Source of the DNA: Lama glama | Lineage: Eukaryota | Direction: 5' to 3' | Length of the DNA: 64,000 nucleotides | Assembly (NCBI GenBank): GCA_028534125.1 | Contig: CM052817.1 | Span: 67,582,001-67,646,000 of the forward strand | Program-made: the position numbers and the translations under genes | Notes under the pieces: generated by a model | Databases searched by the model: none | Seen by the model: only the letters and a program-made list of their open reading frames with translations | Told to the model about the DNA's origin: nothing | In this document: positions 36,716 through 49,369 of the stretch, piece by piece | How positions within the stretch are numbered: the first letter of the stretch is position 1 | Layout: each line of letters begins with the position of its first letter

Positions 36716-39654
36716 ATATGCTTCTTTTAAGAGATGCATTACGATGCATCTAAACCATTTTCCCATTCATGCTAACCATGACCTTTTTAAAAAATAAAGA
36801 AATTAATCTGTTGGCTGCAACAGCCAAGAAGAGCTGAGAATTCCTCCCAGCTTCTCCTGACGACCCATCAAAGACATGGGTATCGTCTGCCGGGGCTGTC
36901 AGACCCAAGCTGAAATCTCCGCTGTCCTCCTCATCAACGTAGAGCCTTTATGCCTCACAGTTTTCCCTTAACTTGAGGAAGGTAAGCTTTGTTTTTTCAG
37001 TAAATAAAGAATTAAAGTGAAAGAGACAAACAATAGTCCCATCAAAGACTTTTCTCACCTGTTTTGCTTAAGCACGCCAATATGAGCTCTCAAGAAAGAT
37101 TTCCCAAGTACAATAGAGATGGCTGGATTTGTTTTTTTTTTTTAAATATTGATGCATTAAAGGGTACAGGTCATCTCTGGAAGTAAAAGAAATCTCCACA
37201 CATTTTTAGGGAGGATATTTTAAATGTACTGACACGTATAGATAAATAGATTCCTTTCTGACACGGAAGCTTCAGGCTGAGGTAGAGTAGTTAATTTTAG
37301 GTACCTCTCAAATTCTATACTATAACAAGTAGAAAATGATCCCAGCCACTGTGAACCCAGATCGAGGTGAGTCCCTGCTGGTACTGCCTGGCTGACTCTG
37401 ACCTCACCTTTACAACTCGTGTTTCACCTTCCAAAAGACACCCTCAACTGCCTACGGAGATATATTTTAAGGGCATCGCTTTAAAATCCCACTTTGGTTT
37501 AGCTTCGTGGAGGGAGAGTTCTGTCGGATGGGCTGTTCCTTCCTCCTCCCTCCAGCACAAGCAGCAGCACTCAAGCAGTTAACCACCTTCCAGAGGTCCT
37601 GGTAACACATTCCTGCCGCTACCCTCCTCAGCTCTCCAGTGTCAGATTTCCAAAAATGTCTGTGTGGGGGGACATTCACTCCCCTGCTCACCAGAAAGGG
37701 CTTGCAGTCAGGGCCGAGGAAAGTAAAAAATGAGCTTACAAATGTGGGGCAGGAAGTGCATTTTTTTTCTTTTGACTCAAATCGCTCAAGCTTCTGTGTG
37801 ACAGTTGGAGACTCAGGAGGCCAGCATCCTTTACAACGCACATGAAGGATGACAGTTTGCTCCCTGAATACCACTGGCTGGCAGAGCCCCTAAACAAATT
37901 ATGAGAAGGTGTGTGGGATGGGAGGAGGATTTAGTCTCAATTGTTAACCTATTGGAAGCTATATACGTGAAACTGTAATTATATATATTCATCATTTTAT
38001 CTCCAGTTGCCTCCGAGTGCTGGCATTTAATGAGTTAAAGTCAAATGACTGTAGCAATTAAGATTATAAGTAAAATAATCTTAAGATATTTGACTGAAGG
38101 TATAAGCTTGTTCTTTGTGCTGAGCAGGAAGAACACAGGGAAACTGAAAAAGAAGGGAATGGGTTTTAGAGAGTGCATTCAGCCAAAATAACACACTTGT
38201 CCTGACCATCCTGGGTACTGCGTCTCAATAATTAGGAGGAGCAATACCCTTCTGTGGGTTGGAAAAGCCAGTAAGAAGGAGACTTAAGTTAAGCTAGCAT
38301 ACATCAAAAATAATTGACAATGGTTAGGCTTCATTGTAGAGAAGCCTGCACTGGCATTGCAGCCACCAGCCCACCACCCACCTAAGAATTATGATTTGAA
38401 AAGGATGTCAGAGGATTATAGAAGATCCTTGTGTCTGCTCCAATTAGGATCAACACTTTTGCAGCTTGCTCACTGAGCATTCCGTGTGTAATGATGAAAA
38501 CATATTGACCCCTGCTGGAACTGGGTAGAACTGCAACGTTTTTCCCCCTGCCAAATCTGACCTAAAAGGAAGGTATCCTTGAACTATCTCTGGCATGAGC
38601 CACGCCTAAAGGACTGTGTTTGCTTATCTGAAAGAAGCCTCTATATCACAATACCAAAATCAAAATAATTTATTAATTACCAATATAACTTCAGAATACT
38701 CCATGAATCTAAAACAATTGAAACGTCTAATACTAGAGCCTTCTAATTTTCTATATGGTGTTCATCACTGTCTTGGGTTCAAATTGTGGGCAACAGCCAA
38801 TTAGCATCAAATTTGGATCCTACTATTTTTGAGACTCCCCATAGACTCACTGTCTCTAAAATATAGTATCATTTTCAAAGAAACTTGAAATAAGAGAATT
38901 ATATTAAAATTTTGAGTGATTATTTTGTTTCCACTATGAATATTATCCCAGAGTTTGAATCTTGGGTTCCTTCTAAGCTATTTTCCATATGAACAAGGGC
39001 TGTAAACTTATGTTATTGTAGAATATGACTGAGAAACTTTGCCTCTTAGGAATTCTTAGAGAAAAGCTCAGGGGAAAAGATCTTTCTCAGCATATTTGTG
39101 GTCACCAAGTTGTTTTGCAGCTAAGAGATTAGGGGCATGGAACTGTTAACTCACAGAATATATGACTTGTCATCTTGTGGGATGTATTAAAATGGCAAGG
39201 GTATTAGAATTCTTTCTCTGTGTTGGGGGATAGAAAGAAGTGTTTCTTGAATAAGTTAACAGAACAATTACATCACTGTCAGCAAAGCTGGCATAAGTTC
39301 TCCAGCAACACCAAGCGTGGTCTCCTGGCATGCTCTATTAGCTGGCCTGTCAAGGGGTTCAGTGCTTAGCCAGGACTCGGAAGCCAGATCATTTCTGTCT
39401 ACAGATCATCTCTGTGTACAGATCATTTAACCTGCTCCATTTAGTGATTGCCACAGCACCCCTCAGCTCAACCAACTGTTCTGAAAATACACACTATCAG
39501 TCAAATAGAAAAAATTGCAAGCCCCATTCGACCTCCATATAAAGAAAATTTGTATATTGTATTTATAATAGTTCAGTGGTTATCTTAATATGACAGTTCT
39601 TGGCTGAAAATTGAAAAGGGAGCTCCATTTTAGGGTAAACTGAAGCACCTCAAA

Positions 39655-39815
39655 GGGGAGGGTATAGCTCAAGTGGTAGAGCACGTGCTTAGCATGCACA
39701 TGGTCCTGGGTTCAATCCCCAGTACTTCCTCTTCAAATAAACTTAATTACTTCCCCACCCTACCCCTCACCAAAATAAAATAATTAAATAATACAATAAT
39801 AAATAAATAAAAATA
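39655..39815 (+). mobile_element. Camelid tRNA-Ala-derived SINE (Vic-1 type) with intact A and B boxes
   Basis: ggggagggtatagctcaagtggtagagcacgtgcttagcatgcacatggtcctgggttcaatccccagtacttcc, A-rich tail, TSD aagcacctca (39643-39652) / aagtacctca (39816-39825). Confidence 0.92.
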
Positions 39816-39909
39816 AAGTACCTCATGCTAAACTGATTATGTATGTGATGTCATACTGGTTTTGTATTTGTAGTGAAAAAAAAATTGAGTCAAAAACCCA
39901 ATCCTGGAA

Positions 39910-40015
39910 CATGAACTGGATGAAAGCAGGGACTTTATCCTGTTATTAACTCCTATCCCCAATACCTAGGACATCACTCTGCATATAACAGGCAGTTATT
40001 AAATGTTTTTAATTT
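39910..40015 (+). mobile_element. L2 3' end
   Basis: 'gaaagcagggactttatcctgtt...tatccccaatacctaggaca...caggcagttattaaatg'. Confidence 0.6.
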
Positions 40016-42298
40016 ATGAACTATATATTTTTAAATAATAATACTACTCAGCTTGTTTCCTGACTTTCCTATGTTCCAAAAATATAACAACTATCGACAA
40101 ATTACTCACTGAATTTCTGTAAACCTCAATTTCTTCAGCTATAAAATGAAGACAATTACAACTGTCATTTCAAGAAAATAAAATGAGATTAAGTTTACGG
40201 AGATACTTGATGAATTTTAAAACATAACACAAACTGCATTATAAGTAAAACTGTGTACAGTAAGGTCTTAAATAAGTATTTCTCTCCTTAGAATCAAGAA
40301 AAATTCCAAGGTAAAGGAAGAGTTAGAAAAAAAGGGTTCATAAAGATCACAGAATCTGAACCAAACATCAACCTATCGAGTTAAATGAGGAAAAAAAAGT
40401 CGATAGCATTTGTTAAAGAAAAACAATTTCAAAGGAGTCACATGGATTATTACTGTAGATTATCTTAATGAGAGACAAGGACAGACAGGAGTGGGGAAAG
40501 CGTATGAGTAATCCTTTCAACAGGGCCAGAAAAATAGAAATTAGCTTGATTTCCCAGAAATAATGCTGTCAGAAAGGCAGAAAGAAATATTGCTGTCAGA
40601 AAGCCAGCACAAATAGAAGCCCAAGCTATCGTGGCTCTGAATCACAGGGACAGCCATTTTAAAAAGTCCCTGTCCACAACATTTACACTTCACATTTGCT
40701 CAAGAAACAAAACATTTGAACAGTAATATACAGAGACATTCTAAGCCAAATTTATCATTTAATATGGAAAACATCAACTAAAATGCCTATCTGTCTTACC
40801 AGGAAAATTGTACAATCTTCAAGTCAAAGCTAAATACTTCTCAGAACCTCTCTAGGTTGCCATGTGATTTCCTGTAACTCATTTTCAGTGATAGACATAT
40901 AATTAAGAAAGAAAAAAGATGCAGAAGATGAAAGAGGGAATGGGAGAGCTCTTGTAATGTATTTTAAAATGCTCCTCCTGCTCTGAGCAGGTCAAGGTAA
41001 TGCAGTCATGCATAGTCCACTGGCTTCATTTAGAGTCTTAGAACCTTTGCAATATATTTCAGAAAACATAGCACTCGCTGCCAAACTGACTGCCGAAAAC
41101 ACTTAGCGGGGGTGGTGCCAAGAGCTGGTCACCTCAGTCGACTAAAGCCCTAGCTGTCATTCCTTAAGATCTCAGCATATCTCAGTGCTTTGTGGCAACC
41201 TTGTTCAGCCTTTAAGACACACCATTTTGAGCTGTTCATAATTTTCAAAAGGAGATTTAATCTACCAGACAGAGGTAGAGTTTTCATCTACAAAGGATGA
41301 ATTTGTGATTGCAGAGGATTTACCAGGTCAAAATTCAACTGCATTGGGGACCAGAAGTTACTATGGCCATAGTCCTGTATATTCTGGTCAGCCTATTGCC
41401 CCTAATCCCAAATCAACAAACAAGTCTTTTCAACGCAAGTTAATTTACATCCAGATGTTAGCCAAAATGTCTAAATGTTCATGTCCCATAGACAATGACT
41501 GTCTCCTATAAATACAGTCCATCACCAACTATTCAATAAACAGTATGCTTCATATTACAGAAACAGAAATCCCTATTTTTTTATATATATAAAACACTTA
41601 CTGTAGCCATCATACAGGCGACTGGGCTATTCAAGTTGTATTTAATAGAGTAATCACTTAACTGCTAGCTAAATAAAACTTACAAGAGAGTGTAAAAAGC
41701 ACATGGAAATTTTAATTACAATTTACACTTTTAAAAAACTACTCCACAGATCAAAATAATAAAAATTGCAAAATTCATCAAAAAGAATGGTATGATCATG
41801 ACAGAAACAAATGAATAAACCAAAGAAATCCAGTAGCTTTAAGCCTTGATCCCTAAACCCTATCACTTTTCTGATATCATTCTTCAGCCTGACCCTAAAT
41901 CATTCATGCTTCAGCTGGATAATGACAATTAAACATTACTCAGTATTCTTCACTTTTAATTCTTCTCCACTGTCACTTCAACTGTAATGGATTATTATAA
42001 CCTAGTCATTACTTAAGTGACTTTTTTGATGAGTGATTTGGGGAGGGATGGCATAATTCACTTTTTTAAGTGTAATGCATGTACTGTAATTATTTCAAAC
42101 TGATGGTCAAAATCATTTCCATAGAGAATTTCCCCTTCCATTTTTATTCAATCATCCCATATTATCTGTTTACCTGAAAATTTTGAATATCATACCGGGT
42201 AGGGAAAGTGATAGAGAGAGAAGATCTGCTTAAAAAGAAAAATCAACCATAAAAATTGCTATATTTGAGCATCTTTTATGTAAAGCGCTACTTTGAAA

Positions 42299-42322
42299 TA
42301 CACACACACACACACACACACA
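42299..42322. repeat. (CA)n microsatellite
   Basis: tacacacacacacacacacacaca. Confidence 0.9.
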
Positions 42323-42344
42323 TACAGAAAGCCCACATCTACTC

Positions 42345-43101
42345 TATCATCAGGCCATGTCAGTTTTATCTCCTACAGATCTTCTGAATCCCTTTACTTC
42401 TTTCCGTGCTCACCACCAAACAGGTACAGGTGACTTCTATTTCTTGTTTGGACTTCCTCACCAATTCTCTGCTGGGACTTCCCTGCTCTAATCCAACCAC
42501 CCCCGCATCCTCCCATCTCCCCCACCCCACTGCCCCACCACCCTCATCCAAACCAACTCCAATCAATTCTCCTCAAGGCAGCCAGAGGGACCTTCTAAAA
42601 TGCAAGGCAAAAATCCAGTAAAGTCACCTACCTACTTCACACCTTTCAATGGCTTCCCATCATTCTTAGGCTAAAGATAAATTCTTTACATGGACTACAA
42701 GGAACTGCATGGTCAGCTTTCTACCAGCATCCCCAGCCTCTGCTCCCGCTAGTAATGTTGGTCTCCAATTCACCATACTCTCTCTCTCCTCCTGTTTCTA
42801 TTCTTTACTCAGTCCACTTAACCTGCAGCTCTCATTAGGAGTCTTCCATGAGGAAACTGCCTGATCCTATTTCAAATTCCCTCACCACAGGCTCTCAGAA
42901 TCTCCCCCTCAGAGCCTTTTCTCACAATTGCAATTTCACAGGAGCTTATTGATAAACTAATGTTGTCTCACCTTGTAGACTACTAGCTCTGAGAGGGCAG
43001 AGGAATAGCTTGGCTTTGTTCATCATTCTATCCCCGGGGCTTGGGAAAAAGGTCTGTCTTAGGAAATTCTTACTGGAAAATTTTTGAATGAATGAATGAA
43101 T
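42345..43101 (+). mobile_element. L2 LINE 3' portion
   Basis: 'gcagccagagggaccttctaaaatgcaa', 'acctttcaatggcttcccat' and end 'ttgaatgaatgaatgaa'. Confidence 0.85.
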
Positions 43102-44116
43102 TCAGATTACCTAATCTCATGCCTTAACCTACCCATTCACCACCAACCTGTCCTAAGTTTGTGAAATCTTAACTACAAAGTTGTTTTGACAGTCAGAATA
43201 ACTTGGCTCCACTCTAGTATACATAGACATCTTTCTCTTGAGTTGTAAATCTCCCCAAATATTTTAAGATTTTGTTAAGAAGGCTTGCCATCTTAATTTT
43301 TGTTTTCTGCTTAAAATATATATATATATAAATGCTTGACACAAACATGTCTGAAAGCTTGATGTTATACTTTTAAATTTGATTCAGGGAAGGAACAAAC
43401 ACTTATTCAATACCTTCTTTCTCTGTTTGCTTCTGTTACTCAACCTCAATATTTACTTAGAAATAGTTAACCACTCATACAATGAAAGGGGCCACCCTGC
43501 CATGCATGCTCAGATTTAAAGAAATATGAGAGGTGGAATAGCTCAGATTTAAATTTACTAAATATGCCATAGATGAAGCACAGATGATTCCACTATTAAA
43601 AAGGGATCCCATGTTCTTCTGTTGTTGTTGTTCTTCTGTAAACAATAGTAAGTACCTAGGATCAAGAACAAATATTATTGGGGAACATAGGACCCAGAAG
43701 TGACTTGTAATCCTGAAGTTTATTTCTATCCCATCCCAATGTGGGACCACGCACTAGCAAGTTTATGAATATATAGTTGTTTTTTAGCATCTATAAAGAA
43801 TATTAAAACGCATTACAAAGAAATGTTAAATTAACCAGATTACTAGGAGAGGTGTGGACTCTAAGACAGATGTCTGTGCTAAAAACAAATAATTCTTTCA
43901 TTATAAATCTCATCTATTTCTTGGGTAAACCTTGGTCTTCTCCCTTTCTATTTTCTCCTGGCTTGAAGCTACTCTTTTCTTTCTTATCCCCTCTCTCTAA
44001 TGACAGTTTTCTTTGTGCCATCACAAAGCTCTTCTTATTCATCACCTCTTAAACAAATGCTTTTCAAATTTTTTGCTATTTTGTAAATTCAGGAGATGCT
44101 CTTTTAAAGATTACAT

Positions 44117-44490
44117 GTGATACCACTTATATGTGGAATCTAAAAAAGAAAACAAATGAGCTTATTTACATAACAGAAAGACTCACAGATACAGAAAACA
44201 AACTTATGGTCACCATGGGGGGAGGGAGTGGGACGGGATAAACTGGGAGTTTGAGATTTCCAGATACTACTACTATATATAAAACAGATAAACAACAAGC
44301 TTCTGCTGTATAGCACAGGAAACTATATTCAATATCTTGTAGTAACCTGTAATGAAAAAGAATATGAAAACAAATATATGTAATATATGTATGACTGAAC
44401 TACTATGCTGTACACCAGAAATGGACACAACATTGTAAACTTAACTATACTTTAATTAAATAAATATTTTAAAAATAAATGTTAGAAAGA
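44117..44490 (+). mobile_element. Artiodactyl/camelid L1 3' UTR fragment
   Basis: 'accacttatatgtggaatctaaaaaag...aacaaacttatggtcacc...ctgtatagcacagg'; probable TSD aaagattacat / aaaaattacat. Confidence 0.9.
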
Positions 44491-45514
44491 AAAAATTACA
44501 TTTATTTTCCCCTACATATTGTAAAATAGATAAAAGTGCTAAGACTTTCCACAGATAAATATAGAAATCTAGTTTCTGTCACTCAAATCCATTAATCCCT
44601 GAATATCATTTCTGAAGCTTCGGTAGCATTTGCCATCATTGTAAAGGCACATCTCTGTTGCCCTCTTCATTCCTGTCTGTATCCCATCACCATACTTTTT
44701 TCTTTAAAACTTTTTTTCATTTTATTCTTGCCTATAATATTCTAACTCGCTTTTTCTCCAATTTTCTCTTTGGTTAAGTCATCTTAACTTGCTATTCTGA
44801 AAAGCTGAAAAGTAGACAAGAGGAATTTCTGTGAATTGGAGGCTTTCTCTCCTTATTAAAAACATACTCACTTCCTCTAAAAGAAATGTAAAATGTGAAC
44901 TCTTGAATATTAAAGATGCAATAATAAAATGGAGAAGTGGAATGTATCATCTTCAAGAATGATGGAAATAGGAAACAACACCAGGAGTCCCTACTGACAA
45001 AGATCTAACTTGAAACAAGTCAATTAAGATACACTCGCATTGGATGGAGTTAGGTGGTGAATGTTCTGAACATGCTGCCCGTGATTATGGAAACCACACA
45101 TATAAAGTGGGGATTTTTTTTCTTTCTTTTCAACACCAAGGGCAGTGTGTGTATGGGGGGAACTGGGTGCAGGGGGGTAGGGTGAAGAAGGGGGTGTGGG
45201 CTCTCACAATTTCATAGAAAATCTAAAAGGGATTCATGACAAAATTGTGGAGTGTCCATTACTTTGGTATATATTAAATGTCGAGGTTTTCAACTGTTGT
45301 ACTTTTTCTAAGCCCTTATGATGAAGATTCTTCTAGTTCCTTTTTATTTGTATTAAAGCTGATCTGATCACGTTAAGAACCATTAATCTACAAATGAAAT
45401 AAAATTATGTTTTCTTAAAACTTTGCATATTGTCAGATATGAGATGGTATTGCTTTTGTTGTTATTACTATTTTCTAACCAGGCACCTAGAACCATACAT
45501 TAAGAAAGTAAAGA

Positions 45515-45805
45515 TGTGGGTGTCAAAAGGTACAAACTTCCAGTTATAAAATAAGTAAGTCACGGGGATATAATGTATAGTAAGGTGATTACAATTAGTA
45601 ATACTGTATTGTATATGAGAAAGTTGCTAAGAGTAAATCTTAAAAGCTCTCATCACAAGAAAATACTTTGTGACTATGGTGGTGGATGTTAACTAGAATT
45701 ACTGTGGTGATCATTTTGTTATCCATACAAGTATCAAATCATTACGGTGTACATCTGAAACTAATATAATGGTATGTCAACTACACCTTAATTAAAATAT
45801 ATATT
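45515..45805 (+). mobile_element. L1MA 3' UTR fragment
   Basis: 'gtcaaaaggtacaaacttccagttataaaataag...ggatgttaactagaattactgtggtgatcatttt'; homologous to 26960-27260. Confidence 0.88.
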
Positions 45806-46109
45806 TTTAAATGTGCAGGTTTATCTTTTTAACAAAATTGACTTCATTCTGTTTCTTACTATCTTCACAAAAATATATTCTTTCACAGCTGCCCATATAG
45901 ATTCAAATTTGCTTTCTGCAGGAAATGCTTCCAATGTGAATTACCTCTTCATCTCGGCATACTCTCCTATTGGTTATAATAATCTGGGTTATAAGTACTT
46001 ATGGTCATTTGTATATTGTTTGACAAGCATTATTTCATGTGTACGTCCTGAACCCTCAACTAAGATGTAAACTTGAAGAGAAATAATAAAATTAACTGTT
46101 CAAACAAAA

Positions 46110-46342
46110 AGTACAGGCTTTCATGTCAAAAGAAATCAAGTTCAAATCCTACTTCCATCATTTCCTATTAGCTTGACCATAGATGATTTACTTACTCTTC
46201 CTAAACCTTAATTTCCTATTTATAAAATGCAGAAACCAACCGTACCTAGTTCTTAGGCCGGTTATTGGGATCACATTATTTAATGTACAGATTTAGCTCA
46301 AGAGCTGATACACATTAACTCAATAAGTATTGTTATTATTAT
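46110..46342 (+). mobile_element. MIR SINE
   Basis: 'agttcaaatcctacttcca...taatttcctatttataaaatg...ctcaataagtattgttattatt'. Confidence 0.7.
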
Positions 46343-46731
46343 TAAATGCCTTAAAATTAAACACCTATTTCCTTGGTTCTTCTGTATTTAAACATTCATA
46401 CTCATTGATTATGGTATTTTAATATACAATGTGTTCCTAATATATATAGTTTGAATGATAAGACTGAAGTTCACTATGATTATTATTGCTGTTGTTATTA
46501 TTACCAGTATTATTATTGGCAGTATAATTCTTGTGAACATAGAATTAGTACTAAAATTATCACCTGATTGCAAACCAGTCATGTGACTTTCTTGTATTTT
46601 ACTATCTATATCTGGAAAAAACATTTTTTATCAAAGTGTCTGCTTTCTGTATTTTGAGGGTTATTAAGAGTAATTACTGCTGGAGGCATGAGATGATAAA
46701 TTCTGGGTAGAGTTCCGGAAACCAGTTTGGG

Positions 46732-47016
46732 TTTTTTTTTCCTGTGGTTTCAGTACTTTAGTTTATTTTGAACATTTTTTATTGAGTTATAGTCATTTTA
46801 CAATGTTGTGTCAAATTCTAGTGTAGAGCACAATTTTTCAGTTATAACATCAACATACATATATTCATTGTCACACTTTTTTTTCGCTGTGAGCTACCAC
46901 AAGATCTTGTATATATTTCCCTGTGCTATACAGTATAAACTTGTTTATCTGTTCTGCATATGCCTGTCAGTAGCTACAAATTTTGAACTCCCAGTCTATC
47001 CCTTCCTGCCCCCCTG
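46732..47016 (-). mobile_element. Young camelid L1, heavily 5'-truncated, with extra 3' sequence
   Basis: L1 end at 46771 ('aacattttttattgag', as in the 9624 copy), ~30 nt of extra sequence, then T9. TSD gtttgggtttt at 46725-46735 and 47017-47027. Confidence 0.88.
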
Positions 47017-47079
47017 GTTTGGGTTTTGAGTTCACCAAACTGAACGCCACAGACAATTGTGTGCTAGTCTACATTCCAA

Positions 47080-47190
47080 ATTTAATACATTTTCACTGGA
47101 CACATTCCAGGTGGGAGGCATTTTTCTGAGCACTGGGGATACAGTGGAGAACAAGACAGACGTCCCACCCTCACAGCTTAGCGTGCAGAG
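47080..47190 (-). mobile_element. L2 3' end
   Basis: 'gagcactggggatacagtggagaacaagacagacgtcccaccctcacagctta'. Confidence 0.75.
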
Positions 47191-49369
47191 CCAGTGCACA
47201 TGGGGGCTACAATGGTGGCAGGAGAATGAAGTACTTGTAATATCCCTAAGTTTTGAGGATCAAAGTTCAGCTCTAAAGAATGATGAAACCACACTGAATT
47301 GATCCAGACAGTGTCATCAGAAGCAAATGAGAACTGCTGGGCATAAGACTATATTGAAAAGTCAGACCCACTTGCCTGTTCTGTGTTGAATAGCCTTAGT
47401 ATGAAATGGAAAAATCACTGAAGTTTCAGATACTCATTTGGGTGTGGAGCAAGCTTCCTGGAATGAAGAACCAGGAGGGAGACTCAGAGAACAGTCTTCT
47501 CACAAACACTTCCTGCTCAAACTTGTTTCAGACAGACTGAACATTTTACAAGAACAGGTTTCTTATTATATTCCTTTTAGCCTCCTGGACTGAAATCAGC
47601 TGGCTGAGAACCATTAGAAAAGTATCAAGCCTTTTCAAACCTAGAGTAAAAAGGAGTGTTTTATTGAAAGCTTTTTATTTTTATTCTACCCATATATCTG
47701 TATCTTTCTACATAACAACTTGATGCATATTTCAGATGCTTTCTTAATTTACAGTCTCCAAAAATACAGATAAGTTAAATTAAATGGCAAATTCTAACAC
47801 CTGTTGCAAATAAACAAGCTTACAAAAGCTTCCCTGGACATGCTGATGGCCAGCTTTAACCCGCTGCTGAGAATTAATGAAAAACGTTTTAGAGAGCTGT
47901 ATATTTTAAAGGAACGCCCCCCTCCCCAGGTTTTTTTGGGAAGCTAAAGAATTTCGAGGAGTAGGCAATGAAATCAATCCCTGCTGTATTCATTTTCTCT
48001 CCAGACTTCCAAAAACCTTTGAGAAAAATTTCAAAGAAAGAAAAAATGAGTTTACCTGTCCAAATTCAGGAAAATTTGACAACATCCTAATTCAAGAACA
48101 TGTCCATGACTCCACGATCTTCAGAACTAGGTTAAATTTCTTGGCGTGAGTCCATAACTAGAAGTTTCTAAGAAGCATCTAGAAATTGTTGACAATTGGA
48201 ATATATTTCTATCACCAAAGCCTCTAGGCCTTTGTACTTTCTGTTCTGTGTACCCGGAATGTTTTTTCCCTCATTCCATACATAGTTTCATTTTATCCCT
48301 TCATTTCACTCAACTCTCAAACTATAACCCTTGTCCTGCACCACCACCCCCCAATTTACAGTACCCTAATTTTCCTTGATCAAAAGCCCCATGCCACAGT
48401 CATTTCTTCTTCACTGATATCCTGTTTGTGCTTACCGCACAACTTTTTTCCCTACCCACTTACATTATTTATATCTTCTCCTCTGGTTAATTTCCATCCC
48501 TGGCAGCCTCACAGTCTGTCTGGCTTTCCAGCCAACTGTGGGAAGACGGACACAATCAACCTGGAGGCAAGAGCAAGGCAATGCATTTTCTATCTTCTCA
48601 TCACAATTGCTGGTTCTAACAGGATTCAGGAAACGTGTTCCGTAGGAGATGGAGGGCTCCTCTTCTCTATTAAATTAAGCCTTTGGCGTTCTTAGATTTG
48701 ATATGTGAGATTTTACATTTTTGCACATAGCCTGAAGGTTTATGGTATGGACTAATTTCTAGTTTTCCTGAGTTTTGAATCTGAGTCTTCAGCAAGTCTT
48801 GGAGACAATCACAATCTCTCAACAGGCTTTACTGCTTTCCACTAGAAATTGTTTACAGAGTACATCTTGTTACCAAATTTGGGGATTTTGAACATTTCAG
48901 GATGTATTTCTTATCTATAACAAGTGGTGCTGCATTTATGGTGGCTCCATTTTGTACATTAAATTCCTAGTACTGGCATCAAAACTTAAAAGTATAAAGA
49001 ATTGTACATTTTAACTGCACAGTGGGACACACAGATGGGCTGTGAAATAATTGACTATAGTTGTTACTCTTTGGGAGAGTGGGATTGAGGGTGAGAGGAG
49101 AAAGAAATAATATATACCCTGATATTGCATAAAAATTATCAAGGTGTCTAAACAGAAGAAAACAGAATATAATTGAATTTAACTATCCCAAGCAGTACGA
49201 GCCAAGTATTTATTAAACTGTGTCTAAGCAGAAAGTGTTGAGAATAAAACATTTTCTGGTAGTTTGTAAAAGAGGTAGGATTAACCTCCAGACTACTATA
49301 AAGAGGTCTATGAAAATAAAGTGAAGCCTGATACCATTAGCATAAAAAAAATCATCAAAAGCTAATAAC

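Noticed and set aside
36732..36751. 8-bp hairpin agatgcat-tacg-atgcatct
   Set aside because: Short enough to occur by chance in 64 kb.
39655..39730. Possible tRNA-Ala(AGC) gene, likewise at 4324-4394, 29525 and 62761
   Set aside because: A-rich tails, TSDs and shared SINE-specific sequence show these are SINE copies.
40796..40875. Minus-strand exon-like segment with a GTAAGA donor
   Set aside because: Stops in all three frames and no polypyrimidine tract at the acceptor.
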